Source: an uncultured Candidatus Saccharibacteria bacterium
Lineage (GTDB): Bacteria; Patescibacteriota; Saccharimonadia; Saccharimonadales; UBA7683
Assembly: GCA_964643895.1 (NCBI GenBank)
Contig: CAZXUE010000001.1
Location: forward strand, 17,083-81,082
Reading direction: 5' to 3'
Length of the DNA stretch: 64,000 nt
In this document: in pieces, positions 50,779 through 60,153 of the stretch
How positions within the stretch are numbered: the first letter of the stretch is position 1
How the letters are laid out: each line of letters starts with the position of its first letter
Position numbers and translations under genes: made by a program
The notes under the pieces: generated by a model
What the model was told of the DNA's origin: nothing
The model's database searches: none
What the model saw: only the letters and a program-made list of their open reading frames with translations

Positions 50779-51024
50779 TTATGCACCTTTCTTATGGTTC
50801 TTAACTGCCTTCTGAACGGCATCAAATATATACTTCCCTGCAACCGCCGGGCTCATAAACTTAGAGATATTTGAAGCATTCTCAACAACAGATTCCGCCT
50901 TCTCAGAAATTCGTTTGATTGATTTTATAACCTTGAGAACATATACGACGGTAATGATCGTAAGTAATAATGCTAACACCAAGAACGAGCTGAGAATAAT
51001 AACCAAAATTTCAAATGCATTCAT
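50779..51024 (-). CDS. DUF948-like small membrane protein
   Basis: An N-terminal TM helix followed by a helical region. It pairs with YtxH, as in the Bacillus ytxG/ytxH locus. Confidence 0.55.
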   Translation of the reverse strand: MNAFEILVIILSSFLVLALLLTIITVVYVLKVIKSIKRISEKAESVVENASNISKFMSPAVAGKYIFDAVQKAVKNHKKGA

Positions 51025-51065
51025 GATACTTATTCTATCATTATCTGCAACTGAATGAAATCAAT

Positions 51066-52514
51066 CTAAATTTGGAGTAGCTTTTTGATAATCTGCTGCG
51101 TCAACCCAGGATTGGCTTGGCCTTTAGACTTCTTCATAACCTGTCCGACCAAAAAACCAATGGCTTTCATCTCGCCATTTTTCACATCTTTCGCCGCTTT
51201 GGCATTTTCAGCCAATACTTCAGCTACAATCTTCTCAATTGCGCCCTCATCCGAAACTTGTAACAGATTTTTTTCTTCAGCAAGCTTTTCGGGATCGACA
51301 CCTTCAGTGATAACACCAACCAAAAGTTCCTTTGCATTTGTTGAGCTAAGTTTGTCCTGGGCCACCATCTGCGCAAGCCCTAGGAGGCCATCTTGCGCCT
51401 GTGGAACCTGCTCCCAGCTTAAAGTCCCATCACCCACAAGCTTCAGCACTTCTCCAGTAAGCCAATTGGCAATGGTCTTTGCGCTTGATTGATCGTTCTT
51501 TGCAATACTTACTACGAAAGTGGCGATAGATGGTTCATCTATTAAAGTGTCCGCTTGCGCAACAGCAACACCGAGCTCAGCAAGCCCTGCTCGCAGTTCA
51601 TGAGGCATTTTTGGCGAACTTGCCTGAAGACTTGCAATGTATTCATCAGTAAGTACAATCGGCGGCACGTCGGGTTCCGGCATATAGCGGTAATCGTGGG
51701 CATCTTCTTTCGTACGCTGCGAGAAGGTTTTTTGTTTGGCATCATCCCAGCCACGAGTTTCTTGCACTATTGGCTCACCTTTTTCCAACTGTTCAATCTG
51801 GCGAGAAACTTCATATTCTATCGATTTCTCAACTGCTTTGAACGAGTTTAAATTTTTAGTTTCTGTTCTGGTGCCAAGCGCATCAGTTTTACTGACGGAG
51901 ACATTTACATCAAACCGCATATTACCGTGATATAAATCGACATCGCTAACGCCAGCATATTTCATTTGAAGATAGAGTGCTTTAGCGTATGCTTTTGCCT
52001 CGGCGGCGCTATGCATGTCAGGCTCCGAAACTATTTCTAGCAGCGGCGTACCTGCGCGATTGAGATCTACGAGTGAATAATCTTTGCCTGCTGGATGAGT
52101 GGATTTACCGGCGTCTTCTTCCATATGAGCGCGAGTAATGCCAATTTTTTTAGCCTCGCCATCAATTATAATCTCAACCCAGCCACCAAGGATGATCGGC
52201 TCTTCAAACTGGCTAATCTGGTACCCTTTGGGCAAATCCGGGTAAAAGTAATGTTTACGGTCAAACTTAGAAAACTTTTGTGGAGTTGTATTAAGAGCAA
52301 ATGCTGCTTTGGCCGCCAACTCAATAGCTTTTTCATTAAGAACCGGAAGTGCTCCGGGCATGCCAAAGCTCACATGCCCAACAGTAGTGTTCGGTGCTTT
52401 GCCACGAGCATCATTTGCCTCACCAGCAAACAACTTACTCTTGGTTTTCAGCTGCACATGGCACTCAATTCCAATTGTCGCTGTATATTGCTTTTTGATG
52501 TCGTCAGAAATCAT
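51066..52514 (-). CDS. gatB: Asp-tRNA(Asn)/Glu-tRNA(Gln) amidotransferase subunit B
   Basis: GatB N-terminal cradle domain and a C-terminal YqeY-like domain (…LVGQVMKKSKGQANP). Confidence 0.93.
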   Translation of the reverse strand: MISDDIKKQYTATIGIECHVQLKTKSKLFAGEANDARGKAPNTTVGHVSFGMPGALPVLNEKAIELAAKAAFALNTTPQKFSKFDRKHYFYPDLPKGYQISQFEEPIILGGWVEIIIDGEAKKIGITRAHMEEDAGKSTHPAGKDYSLVDLNRAGTPLLEIVSEPDMHSAAEAKAYAKALYLQMKYAGVSDVDLYHGNMRFDVNVSVSKTDALGTRTETKNLNSFKAVEKSIEYEVSRQIEQLEKGEPIVQETRGWDDAKQKTFSQRTKEDAHDYRYMPEPDVPPIVLTDEYIASLQASSPKMPHELRAGLAELGVAVAQADTLIDEPSIATFVVSIAKNDQSSAKTIANWLTGEVLKLVGDGTLSWEQVPQAQDGLLGLAQMVAQDKLSSTNAKELLVGVITEGVDPEKLAEEKNLLQVSDEGAIEKIVAEVLAENAKAAKDVKNGEMKAIGFLVGQVMKKSKGQANPGLTQQIIKKLLQI

Positions 52515-52906
52515 TACAAAGCCCTCAGGTCTTTTAGTGATCGTTTGAATTTTCTTATTGCTCGTTCAAATTCTGAGCGGGCTATTTCGGCACCTGGCTC
52601 GTGGACTATTCTGTTGCGTAGTTTATGCGCACGCCACACTCCATCGATATCACTCAATAACCCTGCCGCGTTATTGAGCCTTTCCCCCATGGTTGAACCG
52701 CGAATTCCGGCATGCCGAAGCGCCTGATCAACCAAACTATCAGCGGCAATGAGCGCAACGGTGGTATTATTTTCTGACTCGATTTTATCCCAGTGCTTTT
52801 GAAAGTGTTGCTTATTCAGTCGAGGTTTTGAAAAGCGTGCAACCGCCGCCAACAAAAGCAGCAAGCTCGCTGCAACTAGTACTAATACGATCATACTGCT
52901 ATCCAT
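52514..52906 (-). CDS. membrane-anchored small protein with HEPN-like Rx4H motif, embedded in gatCAB
   Basis: N-terminal TM (IVLVLVAASLLLLLAAV) and a C-terminal AHKLRNRIVHEPG. There is an 8-nt overlap with the gatA stop and a TAATG overlap with the gatB start. Confidence 0.6.
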   Translation of the reverse strand: MDSSMIVLVLVAASLLLLLAAVARFSKPRLNKQHFQKHWDKIESENNTTVALIAADSLVDQALRHAGIRGSTMGERLNNAAGLLSDIDGVWRAHKLRNRIVHEPGAEIARSEFERAIRKFKRSLKDLRAL

Positions 52907-54329
52907 GTAACACGTCCTCGATCTGCTTGGAAATTATGAGGAGCTCCTTGTCGTGAAGTTGCGGCGCAATTACCTGCAGGCCAACTGGTAATCCATCGGC
53001 TTTTTGGCAAGGCACGCTAATAGCCGGCACCCCAGCCATACTTGGACCGACTGTCATAATATCTCCCAGATACATAGCAAGTGGGTCGCTCGAATTTTCA
53101 CCAATTTTAAATGCAGTTGTTGGCGCTACTGGGCCGACAAGAAAGTCCACGGTTTGAAACACATCATTAAATTCATTGATTAATTTGGTACGCACCGTCT
53201 GGGCTTTTTTATAATATGCGTCGTAATAGCCGCTGGAGAGTACGTAGGTGCCGATCATAATGCGACGTTTTGCCTCAGTACCAAATCCCTGTTGACGTGC
53301 AATAGCGTAACTATCATCAAGCAATTCGGTATGATTTGCATGATGCCCGAAACGCTGTCCGTCATAACGGGCAAGGTTAGAGCTCACTTCAGCTGGACAC
53401 ACAATATAGTAAACTGCTAGAGCGAGCGGCAAACTTGGCAAGCTTACTTCAACAATTTCCATACCAGCAGCTTTTAACTTTTCAATACCACCTTCAATTG
53501 CCGTGCGCACTTTTGGGTCAAGCCCTTGGCCAAAATATTCTTTAACAACGCCAACTTTGATGTCTGGTGTCTGGCTTTTGACGTTCGAGACAAGGTAGCT
53601 GTCTTGTCTTTTAACTGTAGTGCCATCGAGCGGGTCTTGGCCCGCTATTACATCAAGTACTAATGCCACATCCTCTACTGAGTTAGCTATGGGCCCAATT
53701 ACGTCAGTACTGCTTGCCATTGCAATAACACCGCTACGTGAAACAAGGCCATAGCTTGGTTTCAAACCAACCACACCGCAGAAGCTCGCAGGCTGGCGAA
53801 TTGAACCTCCCGTGTCAGTTCCTAACGAGAACGGAGCCAGCTGGAGGGCAACGCTTGCCGCCGAACCTCCAGAAGAACCGCCGGGAACATGTTTGATATC
53901 ATGCGGATTCTTGGTAACCATAAAATCACTATTTTCGGTGCTTGCACCGTGAGCAAATGCATCAAGATTAGCCTTAGCCACACAGATGGCGCCTTCTGCC
54001 TCAAGTTTTTCAATCGCCGTGGCTTGATATGGAGCATCGAAACCTTTAAGGATATTACTTGCGGCTGTTGTATCGGCACCAAATACAAGAAAATTATCCT
54101 TGGCAATAAACGGCACCCCTGCCAATCGGCCGGCATTTTCACCCTCAGCCACTTTGGCATCAATTTCATCTGCACGTTCTCGGGCTCGATCTTCAATCTT
54201 CGTAATAATCGCCTCGAACTCTGCGTGTTCATCAATCAGCTTGAGCGATTTTTCTACTAACTCTTTTGCAGATACTCTACCTATATTTACCTCAGCTGCA
54301 ATTTCAGAAATCATCTTCCAGGTTGTCAT
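52899..54329 (-). CDS. gatA: Glu-tRNA(Gln) amidotransferase subunit A
   Basis: Amidase signature GGSSGGSAASVA with the Ser-cisSer-Lys triad context. Confidence 0.93.
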   Translation of the reverse strand: MTTWKMISEIAAEVNIGRVSAKELVEKSLKLIDEHAEFEAIITKIEDRARERADEIDAKVAEGENAGRLAGVPFIAKDNFLVFGADTTAASNILKGFDAPYQATAIEKLEAEGAICVAKANLDAFAHGASTENSDFMVTKNPHDIKHVPGGSSGGSAASVALQLAPFSLGTDTGGSIRQPASFCGVVGLKPSYGLVSRSGVIAMASSTDVIGPIANSVEDVALVLDVIAGQDPLDGTTVKRQDSYLVSNVKSQTPDIKVGVVKEYFGQGLDPKVRTAIEGGIEKLKAAGMEIVEVSLPSLPLALAVYYIVCPAEVSSNLARYDGQRFGHHANHTELLDDSYAIARQQGFGTEAKRRIMIGTYVLSSGYYDAYYKKAQTVRTKLINEFNDVFQTVDFLVGPVAPTTAFKIGENSSDPLAMYLGDIMTVGPSMAGVPAISVPCQKADGLPVGLQVIAPQLHDKELLIISKQIEDVLHG

Positions 54330-54331
54330 AC

Positions 54332-54640
54332 TTATCCGATCATTCGTTTCACTTTTATATGATCTCCTTCAAGCGCTGGCAGGTTCTTGAAGAGCTCTTC
54401 TTGCACCACCTGAGTAGTTACTTCATCGGCGCGAGTGGCGTTTTTATCTTGGCTCGTGAGGCCAGTCACTTGGTAGGTTGGCTTGAGACCCTCTACATCA
54501 ACTGCGTCAAGTTGAGCTACGTAATCTAGTATTGCACTGAGCTCTTTCTGATAAGATGCGATTTCTTCTTCAGAGAGCCGCAACCTGCTCAAACGTGCCA
54601 GCTTTAAAATATCTTCTCGAGACAGTTTCATATCAACCAA
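54332..54640 (-). CDS. gatC: Glu-tRNA(Gln) amidotransferase subunit C
   Basis: LSREDILKLARLSRLRLSEEE, ~100 aa, immediately upstream of gatA. Confidence 0.88.
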   Translation of the reverse strand: MVDMKLSREDILKLARLSRLRLSEEEIASYQKELSAILDYVAQLDAVDVEGLKPTYQVTGLTSQDKNATRADEVTTQVVQEELFKNLPALEGDHIKVKRMIG

Positions 54641-54723
54641 TTATAACAGATCCGTAGGTTGCTGTTTGCATTGATATCTAAAAATGCTTATGATAATGAC
54701 AGTTAAGGAAGATCCAGATAAAC

Positions 54724-55866
54724 ATGCGTCTAAAAGAAGTCGGTCTGGGGGTGGCTCGAAAGATTGTGCCTTTGTCGGCCTTAGATTCCTATGCCGCGCC
54801 AGAACAGATGTCCGAAATGAGAGCATTTCTAGCTCCGGACCATATTGAAAAACTCAAAACCGAGAGCGCAATAAAATACTGGGAAGTACTTGGAGAAGAA
54901 GAACTCATTGAAGGTATTGGAACCCTGCGGCGCATTGGTTTTGTTACTGAACAGGGCTATGCGTACTCGGCAGTAATTGGGATACCAGAAAGTCCCGAAT
55001 CAAATGTACCGATTATTGGCACGAGTGCCTGGTTTACCAGCACAGAAGGGCATAACGAGCATACTATTCGAAACATGGTACGAGCTGGTAATTACGTTTA
55101 TTTTGTCGGTGCTGAAGGAAGTTATGAACCAAACTGCGAAATAAGAACAGACGCAATCAGTCCAATCTCACTGGCTAACTCTGCTGCAGCAGTACTCAAC
55201 TTTTCATACCATACAGCCAAAGAGCTTCGCGCTGAAGGCCATGATATCGATACTGAAGATAGGATCATCATTGGAGAGTCTCGGGGTGCAATGGTCGGTA
55301 TGGGTATTGCAGCTCTCGCTGAAGAGTTTCGGCAGCGAATCATCATGGCGGATCTTGTTGCGCCCTGCCTACCGCGTTCCATGGAGCTGGGCGATATCCG
55401 CCACTTGCTTGAACAAGTTGCACAAGAGCCGATTGAAATAGTCCGCCTTATGGGGCGAATGGCCCTTGGCCGCGCACTGCACTATCCGGCAACATTCGAC
55501 CCAAGTCCATACAGCCTCAAACACCAGCTGGCTATAGGTTTTGCTCTTTTCAGTGGTGAGGCTGGCATGCTTGCTCGCTACATTCCCCGAGAAACTCTCA
55601 TGCATGTCACCACTTTCGATAGTGATTTCGCCTCAATGCGCGAAGAATGGGAGCACATATTTACTGACCACGAAGGTGTTCGCATCACACCACTACGAGG
55701 AAGTCACCTTACCCTTGCGGATCTTGAAACGTTACAGTACATTATTGGTCGCAATAAAGCTCTGCAATACTGCCTCGCCAAGAGCATACCTCTTACTCCT
55801 GAGGTCGTCTTCAATACCGCCCACATCTTAGCACCAGATCAAAAGCCGCTTCCGTACGCCGCATAA
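54724..55866 (+). CDS. alpha/beta hydrolase-fold protein
   Basis: GESRG nucleophile elbow (G-x-S-x-G) in a context consistent with an esterase/lipase fold, 380 aa. Confidence 0.55.
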   Translation: MRLKEVGLGVARKIVPLSALDSYAAPEQMSEMRAFLAPDHIEKLKTESAIKYWEVLGEEELIEGIGTLRRIGFVTEQGYAYSAVIGIPESPESNVPIIGTSAWFTSTEGHNEHTIRNMVRAGNYVYFVGAEGSYEPNCEIRTDAISPISLANSAAAVLNFSYHTAKELRAEGHDIDTEDRIIIGESRGAMVGMGIAALAEEFRQRIIMADLVAPCLPRSMELGDIRHLLEQVAQEPIEIVRLMGRMALGRALHYPATFDPSPYSLKHQLAIGFALFSGEAGMLARYIPRETLMHVTTFDSDFASMREEWEHIFTDHEGVRITPLRGSHLTLADLETLQYIIGRNKALQYCLAKSIPLTPEVVFNTAHILAPDQKPLPYAA

Positions 55867-55910
55867 GAGTCCTATGCGTGATGGAAGTTCTTAGCTCTTA
55901 GGATTAATTG

Positions 55911-56615
55911 CTAACTTGGTGTAAGTATCCAGCGGGTAACCTCTTCACGGAGACGCCGGTATTCTGCCTCCTCAAATTGCATATTAGCGATACAAAAACG
56001 ATAGCCGCTGATATTTGAACAGAACATACTGTCCTGCATGTCCCCGCAATCATGCATCATAAGGCAATCCGTTAAGCCCCCAGATCTGGTGATTCCAAAG
56101 CTATTCGCGCACTGGCCACTATCTTCTGCTCGTATACAAAATGTGAGTGGACCACCTGACTGTGAGGCAAAAACAAACTCACTATCATGAATATTATCAC
56201 TGTAGTAGATATCTTTTGAGCGGAAAATGTCACGGGAATGAAAGACGTTTTCAGATTCTTCCACCATATCAGATTCGGCAACGTTAATACCATCTACCAC
56301 AAACTCCGTGGTTATAGCGTTAATACCGTTCCATTTGGAAAGAATATCCTTTAGATCTTTTATTGGCTGTGTGGCGTAAAGACCCTTTGTAGGTGAAGCC
56401 TCGTTGTTGCGGGCGTTTTCCATTTTGACAAATCGTGAGGCACTAGCCGAAGCACTCCATGTCGTACTGCCATCGGTATAGTCCTTCACTTTATTTGGTA
56501 AGTAGATATCGAAAGTAAACTTCTTAATCGCTTGTTCAAGGCTGAGTGGGTTTTCAACACCAAAAATCTGCTTGATAATCTTATCGAGCGCAATCTTTGC
56601 TTGTTTTTTATCCAT
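55911..56615 (-). CDS. Cys-containing repeat protein, tandem paralog A (234 aa)
   Basis: ~70% identical to paralog B. It has conserved FCIR, CxNSFG, DCxMMHDCGDMQDSMFCSN and FCIANMQFEEAEY blocks. The start lies 13 nt after the paralog B stop, with no SD. Confidence 0.75.
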   Translation of the reverse strand: MDKKQAKIALDKIIKQIFGVENPLSLEQAIKKFTFDIYLPNKVKDYTDGSTTWSASASASRFVKMENARNNEASPTKGLYATQPIKDLKDILSKWNGINAITTEFVVDGINVAESDMVEESENVFHSRDIFRSKDIYYSDNIHDSEFVFASQSGGPLTFCIRAEDSGQCANSFGITRSGGLTDCLMMHDCGDMQDSMFCSNISGYRFCIANMQFEEAEYRRLREEVTRWILTPS

Positions 56616-56628
56616 ACTACAAATTGTA

Positions 56629-57333
56629 CTACGAAACCGGCGAGAGTATCCATTGAATGACTTGGTCTCTTAGCCGATAGTATTCGGCCTCTTCGAACTG
56701 CATGTTTGCAATGCAGAATTGTTTGCCATTCATGTTACTACAGAACATACTGTCTTGCATATCACCACAATCGTGCATCATTATGCAGTTAGTTAAACCA
56801 GCTGAACGAGAAACACCAAAGCTATTCGTGCACCGCACACTATCGTCCGCACGTATGCAAAATGTCACAAAGCCGCTCCGCTGTGAACCAAAAACGAATT
56901 CACTATCAAATACACTGTCACTAAATAGAATGTATTTAGACCTATCAATATTGGTCGATCTAAATACGTTCTCTGAGTTCATAACCATGTCTGATTCCGA
57001 AACATTGAGGGAATCTAATGTAAACTCTGAGGTGGTTAAATTAACGTGTTCCCATTTTGAAAGAAGGTCGGCAAGATCTTTTATAGGCTGCGTGGCATAA
57101 AGACCATCATGTTCATTACCATTATTTCGCGCATTATCAATTTTAATAAACTTAGTAGGATTCGGAGATGATGTCCATGTATCAGATCCGTCTGTACTAT
57201 CTTTGACTTTTTCAGGAAGACGAACATCGAACGCAAATTTTTTGGCGAACTCCTCAATTGAAAGTGGGTTTTCAACACCAAAAATTTGTTTAACAATTTT
57301 GTCGAGCGATTCTTTTGCTTGTTTCTTATCCAT
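56629..57333 (-). CDS. Cys-containing repeat protein, tandem paralog B (234 aa)
   Basis: Collinear with A and C. The N-terminal ~25 codons are ~80% identical to A at the DNA level. Confidence 0.75.
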   Translation of the reverse strand: MDKKQAKESLDKIVKQIFGVENPLSIEEFAKKFAFDVRLPEKVKDSTDGSDTWTSSPNPTKFIKIDNARNNGNEHDGLYATQPIKDLADLLSKWEHVNLTTSEFTLDSLNVSESDMVMNSENVFRSTNIDRSKYILFSDSVFDSEFVFGSQRSGFVTFCIRADDSVRCTNSFGVSRSAGLTNCIMMHDCGDMQDSMFCSNMNGKQFCIANMQFEEAEYYRLRDQVIQWILSPVS

Positions 57334-57345
57334 GCTAAGAGTGTA

Positions 57346-58050
57346 CTACGAAGTAGGTGAAAGTATCCATTGCACAACTTGTTGACGCAAATGTTCGTAC
57401 TCTTGCTGGGTAAACTGCATGTTCGCTATGCAATATTGACGGCCTCGCATGTTGGTACAAAACATACTGTCTTGCATGTCATAGCAATCGTGAATGAAGA
57501 ACGAATTATTGATTTTGCTGCTCCACGAAACACCAAAACTATTAGAACATTCGCCGCTATCTTCAATTCGTATGCAAAAAGCGTTGCCGCCAGATCGAGA
57601 ACCCGCTGCAATAAACTCTGAATCTTCTACGCCATCTGAAAAGAGTACATTTTTGCTGCGGCGGATATCTTGCGATCTATAAACGTTTTCGGATTTCAAG
57701 ATACCATCACTTTCTGCAACACCTATAGATTCAATTTCCCTCTCGGTAGTGGTTAAGTTAATTTCGTTCCACTGCGCCAGAAGCTCCTGCAGATTATTGA
57801 TCGGCTGTTTTTCGCGAAATCCATCGTTTTGCTCGTAGCGTGCTCGCGCATTTTCCATTTTTATAAACTTAGTTGGGTTAGTTGAGGAAGCCCAGGTTGG
57901 CTCGTTGGTTGTAGAATCATAAACCATTTGTGGCAAACGCACATCAAAAGCAAACTTTTGCATAAACTGCTCAAGACTGAGTGGGTTTTGATAGCCACAA
58001 ACCTGGCCAATAATTTTATCGAGTATTTGCTTTGCTTGATCGGCGTTCAT
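57346..58050 (-). CDS. Cys-containing repeat protein, tandem paralog C (234 aa)
   Basis: ~45-50% identical to A and B, with the same length and block order. AGAGGA SD 7 nt upstream. The start lies 12 nt after the ATPase stop. Confidence 0.75.
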   Translation of the reverse strand: MNADQAKQILDKIIGQVCGYQNPLSLEQFMQKFAFDVRLPQMVYDSTTNEPTWASSTNPTKFIKMENARARYEQNDGFREKQPINNLQELLAQWNEINLTTTEREIESIGVAESDGILKSENVYRSQDIRRSKNVLFSDGVEDSEFIAAGSRSGGNAFCIRIEDSGECSNSFGVSWSSKINNSFFIHDCYDMQDSMFCTNMRGRQYCIANMQFTQQEYEHLRQQVVQWILSPTS

Positions 58051-58062
58051 ACTATATCCTCT

Positions 58063-60075
58063 TTACTTTTTAAGTTTTGCTCTACTTGATGATTGACTGG
58101 CTAGAATATCCTGCAAATTAATAAATTCCCTTTGGCCAACAGCCGCTGTTGCCTGAGCTGGGTGTCCGCTTGAAGCTGTGCCAGAACTTGCAGACTGAGG
58201 GACAGCTTGCCGCAAGGCCTCACGCTGTTGCTGCTGTTCAACAAATCTTGCAGGTAGCTCTTGCTTTTGTTCATACGTTTTAAGTTCAGCTTGTTTGTGT
58301 ATGACTGGTGCAGCCGTAACATCAAGCGTACGAGCCTTCACACAAGGTAGAAGCTGGCCGCCAGCTGAAAGGCGCAAAAAGCACTCCCGCGGATGCAGAG
58401 TTGTGAGCATTTGTACCCGCACATCTGATTGTTTTAAGCCCTTTTCCTTCTCGCCTTGCAAGATTTCTTTGGGAATCTCGATATTAAGGTTGCCCTCTAG
58501 TGCACGAGCATCTTCCTCTGAAACTTTAAAGACGTAGTAATTGTAGACATTGGTGAAGATAGCAGCCTGAAGATTCTGCTCGATCTGACCAAAATACTGC
58601 TGCGTTAGTACCACGGAGAGACCGAACTTACGAGCCTCGGCCAAAATTTGCGCCAACGCTGGATTTTGCACCACCGAAACCTCATCAACTATTAAAATGA
58701 CCTTCTGATCGAAAGCCCGTGCCTGCGCTAGAAGAAAAATCTGCTGAATTAGCAATCCGGCAATGGTTTTTACTACCTTCTCGCCCATACTGACCTTATT
58801 GAGTGAGAAAACTGTTAAGAAATTACTGTTTACAATCTGGCCAATCGAGGTGGCGCTTTGATCGTTGCCAGCTAAACTTGGTTGCATTTGCATCTCATCG
58901 ACCAACGAGGCGATTGGCGAGATTGCCTCGTTATAAAATTTAGTACGAATTTCATTAAAATCAGTGCCGAAGAATCGAACAATATTTTCTGGTACGTAAC
59001 CTTGAACATGCGAAAGCAGCTGATTACGGTATTCGATATCTGTTACAAAGCGCTTCAGCGAATCGAGCGACATAACCTGCGCAGTCATCAAAACATACAG
59101 TGAGAACCTTAAGACTCGCTCTAGTTTTGGATTGTGCTGGTCACTAAGCAGCGATTTAAAGAGCGTGCCGGTTAGTTCAGTCGCGGCGGAGATATCGGTT
59201 CCTGTGCCGCCAAAAAGTTCGGTTCCCTCATTTTGGCCTTTAAAGTTGATAACCGTACTCTCTTGAATTCCCTTTAAATCATCTTCCAGCGAGGCGTGTG
59301 GATCAATAACGATTACTCGGTAATTTTGCTTCAAGCCATGAGAATTGGCCAATTTATCCACAAGTAGACTAATCAGTTTGGATTTACCGCTGCCACTAGC
59401 ACCTATGATGAAAGAATGCTTTTCAAAATCGTACGAATTCAGGCCGAGATAGTAATTTTTCGGCAAATATGGAAAAGTATCAACTTCAAAAACGGCACCA
59501 AGGTTTTCGCTCTGCATAATATGCAGTGACTTTTGAATATCGAGATACTTAGTAACCTTTTTGCGCAGATAGCGAGTGTTGGCCGTGAAATCAATTGCCA
59601 GCATAAATGAAGGGAACGCGGCGGCAACTTTATGGTTGATTGTCCAGTTTTTGCCACCATCTTGAAAGTAAAGGTAGCTATGGGTAATGGCTTTTTCAAA
59701 ATTAATTCGACGGCATTTCACTACCAGAAACTGGAGGTCTTTAGCTTTTTTAACCTTATACTTCTCCTTCAAATCAAGAAGATCACCGCCAGCCTTCACC
59801 ACAACCAGCCGCTCTTTGCCAGCCGAGGATGCCGAGGGCAGACCGATCACTTCCGGTTTTACGGGCCGCAAAACTCCTACCTCGATATTATTTGAAAGCG
59901 AGCCAAGGTCGCGGTCACTGAGCACAAAATAACGAATGGTGTTTTCCTCAACCTTAACGATAACCTGAAATTCTTTCAGAACGCCGACATATTGGGAAAA
60001 CACATTATAGAGACGGTTCCAGTCCTCTCTGGTAACCTCGTCTCTCAGCAGGAAAAATTCAAAACAATGTTTCAT
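58063..60075 (-). CDS. FtsK/HerA/VirB4-superfamily P-loop ATPase (AAA_10/DUF87-like)
   Basis: [19 protein letters not shown] (Walker A preceded by a conserved His), VILIVDEVS (Walker B) and [14 protein letters not shown] (the R-K-x-G…TQ motif shared by HerA, VirB4 and FtsK). No TM segments. The ~220-aa N-terminal domain is of unknown type. Confidence 0.8.
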   Translation of the reverse strand: MKHCFEFFLLRDEVTREDWNRLYNVFSQYVGVLKEFQVIVKVEENTIRYFVLSDRDLGSLSNNIEVGVLRPVKPEVIGLPSASSAGKERLVVVKAGGDLLDLKEKYKVKKAKDLQFLVVKCRRINFEKAITHSYLYFQDGGKNWTINHKVAAAFPSFMLAIDFTANTRYLRKKVTKYLDIQKSLHIMQSENLGAVFEVDTFPYLPKNYYLGLNSYDFEKHSFIIGASGSGKSKLISLLVDKLANSHGLKQNYRVIVIDPHASLEDDLKGIQESTVINFKGQNEGTELFGGTGTDISAATELTGTLFKSLLSDQHNPKLERVLRFSLYVLMTAQVMSLDSLKRFVTDIEYRNQLLSHVQGYVPENIVRFFGTDFNEIRTKFYNEAISPIASLVDEMQMQPSLAGNDQSATSIGQIVNSNFLTVFSLNKVSMGEKVVKTIAGLLIQQIFLLAQARAFDQKVILIVDEVSVVQNPALAQILAEARKFGLSVVLTQQYFGQIEQNLQAAIFTNVYNYYVFKVSEEDARALEGNLNIEIPKEILQGEKEKGLKQSDVRVQMLTTLHPRECFLRLSAGGQLLPCVKARTLDVTAAPVIHKQAELKTYEQKQELPARFVEQQQQREALRQAVPQSASSGTASSGHPAQATAAVGQREFINLQDILASQSSSRAKLKK

Positions 60076-60101
60076 AACATAACCGCATAACTATTGTACG
60101 A

Positions 60102-60110
60102 ATTATAACA
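60102..60110 (-). promoter_or_regulatory. extended -10 promoter (TGTTATAAT) for the ATPase-paralog operon
   Basis: The reverse complement of attataaca gives TGnTATAAT, ~27 nt upstream of the ATPase ATG. A TGACA-N9-TGTCA inverted repeat at 60126-60144 overlaps the -35 region. Confidence 0.5.
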
Positions 60111-60153
60111 TTAACTCTTAACAGATGACAGTGCAAAATTGTCAGCCCTTGAA

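Noticed and set aside
54641-54826. 61-aa minus-strand ORF upstream of gatC
   Set aside because: It overlaps the start of the alpha/beta hydrolase gene on the other strand and has no signals. It is likely a spurious ORF in the promoter region.
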